Assembly (NCBI GenBank): GCA_963693365.1
Contig: CAVNZM010000008.1
Location: 10,672,123 to 10,736,122 of the forward strand
Source: Amoebidium appalachense
Taxonomy: Eukaryota > Protista > Ichthyosporea
Length of the DNA stretch: 64,000 bases
Reading direction: 5' to 3'
The translations under genes were made by a program, and so were the position numbers. Numbering within the stretch: position 1 is the stretch's first letter; every line of letters starts with the position of its first letter. The notes under the pieces are model-generated. The model searched no databases. It saw only the letters and a program-made list of their open reading frames with translations, and was not told the DNA's origin. This document shows, one piece after another, positions 60,037 to 64,000 of the stretch.

Positions 60037-60575
60037 AGTGATGGGGTGAGTAGGATGAGTAGCTTGAGTACCTTACTCATCTGGTCTCCCCCCGGGTGTT
60101 CCAATTTCCTTTTGGATTGAGATTTAGGTATACCCGTAGCCCACAGTAGATGAGTACGTACTCATCCTACTCATCCTACTCACTATATGACAATTGCATA
60201 TTTTTATACCCAAAAAGGAAACCTTTACCATATTTGGGTGAGTAACATCTAGTGGGGGAAACTTGTCTGTGTTACTCAGAATCAGTACCTTGAGTAAGAT
60301 AATTATTGTTACTCAGTGCAACAAGTTTCAGGTGACGTGTATCTGCTTATACTTATATATATATATATCCTGAGTGTAGGGCTGGCTCCCTAATGGACAC
60401 TCCAAACCCACATATTTGTAACAATATTATCGACCATAATCCCAACGCACACCAGACATGTGCTCCGATGACTCCCTGGCTGTGGGCCTCCTTATATTCA
60501 CATGCTGCGCCATCCAGGGCACAGTTGCACCTTCACCGGCAGTCGCACACACACACGCACTGCGTGATACCTGCA

Positions 60576-61094
60576 TTATTCTCTACACTGCCGCCTATTT
60601 TTCTGTACTGATTCATATAACTGCAGCGACAGAATGTCGCACCCCATGTCATGCCAAAGGAAGTCCTTCAAAAAGTCGATTCGCAGAAGGGTTGTTCGTT
60701 TTCTCTTTGCCTCCATGGGGACAGCTCGTCCCTCGCTCATGCCCTCCTCCTCCGTCGGATCCCTCGGTGGCAGCAGCGACAGCGTGGTGTCCCAGCGCTC
60801 CCAGGTCAGCCGAAACGACTTGCCCCAATCCAGGTCGATGGTCACCGCATCCCCGGCCCCCTCCAGTGGACACGTCGAAAACACCAGGTGGTTGAGTCCA
60901 GTCCTGTTCGACGTTTCCACCGACTGCAGCGGCAGCATCGTGTCCGACAGCATCGTGTCGCCCTTGCCGAGTCTTGCGTGGAGCTGTGGCGGCCGGCTTG
61001 CCACCCTCCCGGCGCCGTTCGAGTCGAACGTCATGTTGGATACAAGCAGCGACAGCCGATTGACAAATAGCTTCAGGTCCTGCTCAAAAGCCAT
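60576..61094 (-). CDS. Hypothetical 172-aa protein (MAFEQDLKLF...)
   Basis: ATG at 61094; TATAAAAGC at 61153-61145; protein-like composition. Confidence 0.7.
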   Translation of the reverse strand: MAFEQDLKLFVNRLSLLVSNMTFDSNGAGRVASRPPQLHARLGKGDTMLSDTMLPLQSVETSNRTGLNHLVFSTCPLEGAGDAVTIDLDWGKSFRLTWERWDTTLSLLPPRDPTEEEGMSEGRAVPMEAKRKRTTLLRIDFLKDFLWHDMGCDILSLQLYESVQKNRRQCRE

Positions 61095-61470
61095 GGTCGG
61101 TTCTGGTGCAGATTCAGACTGGCAGCTCCCCGTGTCAGACACACGCTTTTATACCCTCCAGAGTCCCCGCCTGCGTCGGCGCACACTCATTCGCAAGGTG
61201 CCAGTTCTCGAGGCGCTGCATGACCACGAGTGCGCGCTTGCGTGTTTCGGTGTGTGTGTACGTGGGCCCGAATCGGAGTGTGAGGTGCTGAGCGTGCGCT
61301 GTTGCACAAGCATGTGGACCGCAGGTGTGCGACCGGGAGACATTGTGTTGGCGTGCGAGATCAAGCGCGCAGAGCCCGGGTGGCGCAAGGTGTCCCTCGA
61401 GCTCGAGGAGGGTGCGTGGACCAGCAACCTGTGCGCGGCAGGGTGTAAGAGGAGGAAATGGTTTCACTAG
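61093..61470 (+). CDS. Hypothetical 125-aa Cys-rich protein with PDZ-like AGVRPGDIVLA motif
   Basis: In-frame ATG at 61093 within track ORF 60634-61470; GC3-rich codons in the 3' part; start uncertain. Confidence 0.45.
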   Translation: MVGSGADSDWQLPVSDTRFYTLQSPRLRRRTLIRKVPVLEALHDHECALACFGVCVRGPESECEVLSVRCCTSMWTAGVRPGDIVLACEIKRAEPGWRKVSLELEEGAWTSNLCAAGCKRRKWFH

Positions 61471-61640
61471 GAGAGGTCGCCCACAATTTTTGGGTGAACG
61501 TCATGTCAAAACGAAGAGGTCGGTCCAAAAAGAGGGGTCACAGACGTGCAAGGAAGTACGTGTATGCAGACGAGTTCATGCCAAAATACCGGAGACTGGT
61601 GCTCCGACAGAGTGTGCGAGTAAAGCGCCAAGCACATTGA
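61458..61640 (+). CDS. Small basic 60-aa protein (KRRGRSKKRGHRRARK)
   Basis: ATG ORF followed by AT-rich terminator-like sequence. Confidence 0.5.
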   Translation: MVSLGEVAHNFWVNVMSKRRGRSKKRGHRRARKYVYADEFMPKYRRLVLRQSVRVKRQAH

Positions 61641-61704
61641 TATTTTTATTTCTGTTGTTGGATTTACATTGTATATTCACCCCGAAACTGTTTAAGATTT
61701 TTTG

Positions 61705-62076
61705 CTATAAGGCATGCCCCACGTTGCCCGCGTTGCTCCAGGGGGTCCCCTCGTTCCACTCATCAAGGTCCGCACCCACCCCCTCGAACTCCTGGTTGCG
61801 GTTGCGCCCGTAGGCTCTGTCAAAGACACCCTCGCGCAGCGGCAGCCCTGCTGCCTCCACCACGTGGCCGACCTCTTTGAAAAAATAGTCAAGCCAGCGC
61901 TCACCCCAATCTTCAAGTGCTGTGCTCAGGTCCTCGGTGGTTGCGCCGCCCGGGGCCATGGTGGTGAACCACCATGTTCCTTCCGGATCCTCACCCGAGC
62001 ACACCCTGTCCATGTACCTCGTCAGTGCGTCCTCCGTCTTGGCGCGCCCTACGTCCCAGCGGTTTTTAGGTTCCAT
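61705..62076 (-). CDS. Hypothetical ~123-aa acidic, Trp-rich protein (MEPKNRWDVG...)
   Basis: Intronless ORF with GC3 bias; AATAAA downstream on the minus strand (~61650). Confidence 0.7.
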   Translation of the reverse strand: MEPKNRWDVGRAKTEDALTRYMDRVCSGEDPEGTWWFTTMAPGGATTEDLSTALEDWGERWLDYFFKEVGHVVEAAGLPLREGVFDRAYGRNRNQEFEGVGADLDEWNEGTPWSNAGNVGHAL

Positions 62077-62093
62077 TAGCACTGCGATGCATA

Positions 62094-62411
62094 ATGTCTG
62101 TGTGTGCTCCCCGAGTTGCTGGGGAGGGGGCGCTCCAAACTATCTCTTCGGAAGGTATGACTTCTCCGAACATTGCAAACCTGAGATTTGACAACCCGAG
62201 TAACTCGAGAGTGCGCAGGGATGACATTGCCGCCGACCCGCACGAGTACCACCTGACCATCGACAACAACACGCGCTTCATGCTCTACATGGGCACTTCA
62301 TTGGACGACCATGATGCACAGCTCAAGAGCGCTTCGATGTGGAGGGGCATAGCGCTTGCATGCATGGTGCTGCTCGTGCTGCTTGCTGGCGTGCTGGCGT
62401 ACAGGTGGTAG
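62094..62411 (+). CDS. Hypothetical small membrane protein with C-terminal TM helix
   Basis: C-terminal GIALACMVLLVLLAGVLAY; start may be the ATG at 62157. Confidence 0.65.
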   Translation: MSVCAPRVAGEGALQTISSEGMTSPNIANLRFDNPSNSRVRRDDIAADPHEYHLTIDNNTRFMLYMGTSLDDHDAQLKSASMWRGIALACMVLLVLLAGVLAYRW

Positions 62412-62475
62412 GGGGGGGGGGTGGGGGGGGGGGTTAAGTTTGTAATTTTTATTCCTGGGCCGCACCAGGCGGACT

Positions 62476-63054
62476 TCACACGAGTTGGTTGCCCGGTTGA
62501 TCTTGTTGTTTGTGTTTATGCACCTCCTTTCGATGTCGCCACAGCCCACTACGCCATGAGAAGGCCTTTGAGCACCCTTCCTCAGCGCATATGTAGGAGC
62601 GCTGACCTGTATGGATGCGGTTATGAAATTTAAGCGCGTTGGAGTTCTTGAGAATCGCCCCGCATCCAGTGACACCACATACCACCTGTTGTCTTGAATC
62701 GTGCACCTTTAAGTGCCTAAGAAGCGCACCCCTGTATGAAAAGCGAGCGCCACACTCATCGTGGTTGCATGCATATGGGCGCTCACCCGTGTGCCTTCGT
62801 GTGTGTCGTAAAAGCCGTCCAGATTGTGGAGACCTGTAGTTGCACCCTTCGTAACTGCACTCGTATTTCTTTATTCCGGTGTGTATGGTCATATGTGCAT
62901 CCAGACCAACTTGTTGCGTACACCTTACCGTACAACCAGGCCATGTACATGGATATGGTTTTTCACCGGTGTGAAATTTTGCATGACGTTGTAGGTTCTG
63001 CTTTGTTGCAAAAGTTTTATTACATGTTGTACATCTATGATCTGTCATATTCAT
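62476..63054 (-). CDS. Intronless C2H2 zinc-finger protein (6 fingers, 192 aa)
   Basis: CxxC/CxxxxC...HxxxH fingers with canonical linkers HTGEKPY and HTGERPY. Confidence 0.93.
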   Translation of the reverse strand: MNMTDHRCTTCNKTFATKQNLQRHAKFHTGEKPYPCTWPGCTVRCTQQVGLDAHMTIHTGIKKYECSYEGCNYRSPQSGRLLRHTRRHTGERPYACNHDECGARFSYRGALLRHLKVHDSRQQVVCGVTGCGAILKNSNALKFHNRIHTGQRSYICAEEGCSKAFSWRSGLWRHRKEVHKHKQQDQPGNQLV

Positions 63055-63281
63055 TTATTGCACCAAAAAAAAGAGAGATTGGCTACTGGGTAGTCAGGTA
63101 GTTGGGTTGTAGGTGCTTTTACACTGGAAATATTTTTGTCCTTTTTATTTTTTTCGAAAAGTAAGTTACCACCTCCCAACCTGACTACCACTAAGTAAAC
63201 CAACAGCCCAAGCAAGTAATTTATAATAAAAACCCATTTTGGTGTGTGTTTGGGTTGCTACTTGTTGTAAGATCCCCGTGG

Positions 63282-63998
63282 CTATGCAAGTGAACCGAGA
63301 AGGTCTTGCTCCATAGCCTGACAAACATCTTTCGACAAACCAATCTGCTCAAACGACAAAACATAACAGTACCGTGCCGCTGAATTGACCTTCGTTCCCA
63401 CTGGTTTCCCCAAAATGGCACGAAGCGCACTACCAAACAGCTTTTGGCTTGGTTTCTGACTGCGCCCTGTCGCGTTCCGCTCGTGCCACAAACGAAAGTA
63501 GTCGAACAGGTCGCTGTTGGTGAAGCGTTGGCCATCGACTGGTCGGGGCCACTCCTCGCATCCGTTGTCGCCCGTCACAAGGTCGCGCAGAAACTGCAGT
63601 TCATCTGGCCGCCCGAGATCTGTCAACCGTGAACGAAGCTCGGTTGTTGGGGGGGTTGGCATCCGTTGGGGGACATCCACTTCAGCCATCAGTTCGTCCA
63701 AAATCGCCTGGAGAACAGATGGATTGGAGTGTCGTTCCTTGAATTCGGCGAAGTATGCAAACTGCCCCTTTCTATCTGCTGAAGACTCAAAACAGGCCCA
63801 TCGTCGGTCTCCCTCCTCTAGGTTTAGCGGGTGCGACTCGTTGCTGAGAATCACATAGCGCTCACAACTCTCCACGGTAATGATGTCACAGCCCTTCTTT
63901 TCCATGAGGCCCGTGGTTTCCGTAACACGGGCCTTCATTTGGTTGATGATGTCCACATTACCATGCCAAAACACCTCGTCACACACAATAAGCAGCCG
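63282..63998 (-). CDS. C-terminal part of an SF3 primase-helicase (DUF5906 / NrS-1 / D5-like); 5' end beyond the window
   Basis: Walker B RLLIVCDE, K..VTE....EKKG, motif C VILSNE, arginine finger GDRRW, C-terminal winged-helix-like segment (SDLFDYFRLW...SQKLFGSALR). Confidence 0.85.
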   Translation of the reverse strand, partial: RLLIVCDEVFWHGNVDIINQMKARVTETTGLMEKKGCDIITVESCERYVILSNESHPLNLEEGDRRWACFESSADRKGQFAYFAEFKERHSNPSVLQAILDELMAEVDVPQRMPTPPTTELRSRLTDLGRPDELQFLRDLVTGDNGCEEWPRPVDGQRFTNSDLFDYFRLWHERNATGRSQKPSQKLFGSALRAILGKPVGTKVNSAARYCYVLSFEQIGLSKDVCQAMEQDLLGSLA

Positions 63999-64000
63999 GT

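Larger units (their letters stand above)
53590..64000. mobile_element. Left part of an endogenous virus-like / large DNA mobile element (continues past the window end)
   Basis: Intronless compact ORFs with TATA boxes, near-loss of host microsatellite/homopolymer texture, repeat-rich terminus, SF3 primase-helicase. Confidence 0.65.

Overview
Eukaryotic genomic DNA, probably a unicellular opisthokont-like protist (inference). Introns are packed with (CA)n/(GT)n/(CT)n microsatellites and long poly-G/poly-C runs, so most of the ORF track is noise. Bases 1-53.5 kb hold six spliced host genes reconstructed by hand: an orphan (+), a PA-TM-RING-H2 E3 ligase (-), an RCC1-repeat protein (-), a Csm1/Pcs1 (monopolin)-like coiled-coil protein (+), TRAPPC1/Bet5 (+) and a DysF-SSUH2-like protein (-). 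This part also has a 5'-truncated LINE enclosed by 127-bp inverted repeats and a dispersed repeat family. That family has a ~160-nt core showing compensatory base pairing between two subtypes and both halves of a hammerhead-ribozyme core in permuted order. At 53.59 kb the sequence changes abruptly. A 384-bp GC-rich near-perfect palindrome is followed by an intronless, nearly microsatellite-free, virus-like region that runs off the window end. It contains a 5.3-kb cassette bounded by ~300-bp inverted repeats (three orphan coiled-coil ORFs and a ~32-copy TAAGTAC array), small orphan ORFs, a C2H2 zinc-finger gene and the C-terminal half of an SF3/DUF5906-type primase-helicase. All family assignments come from motif recognition by eye; no searches were run.
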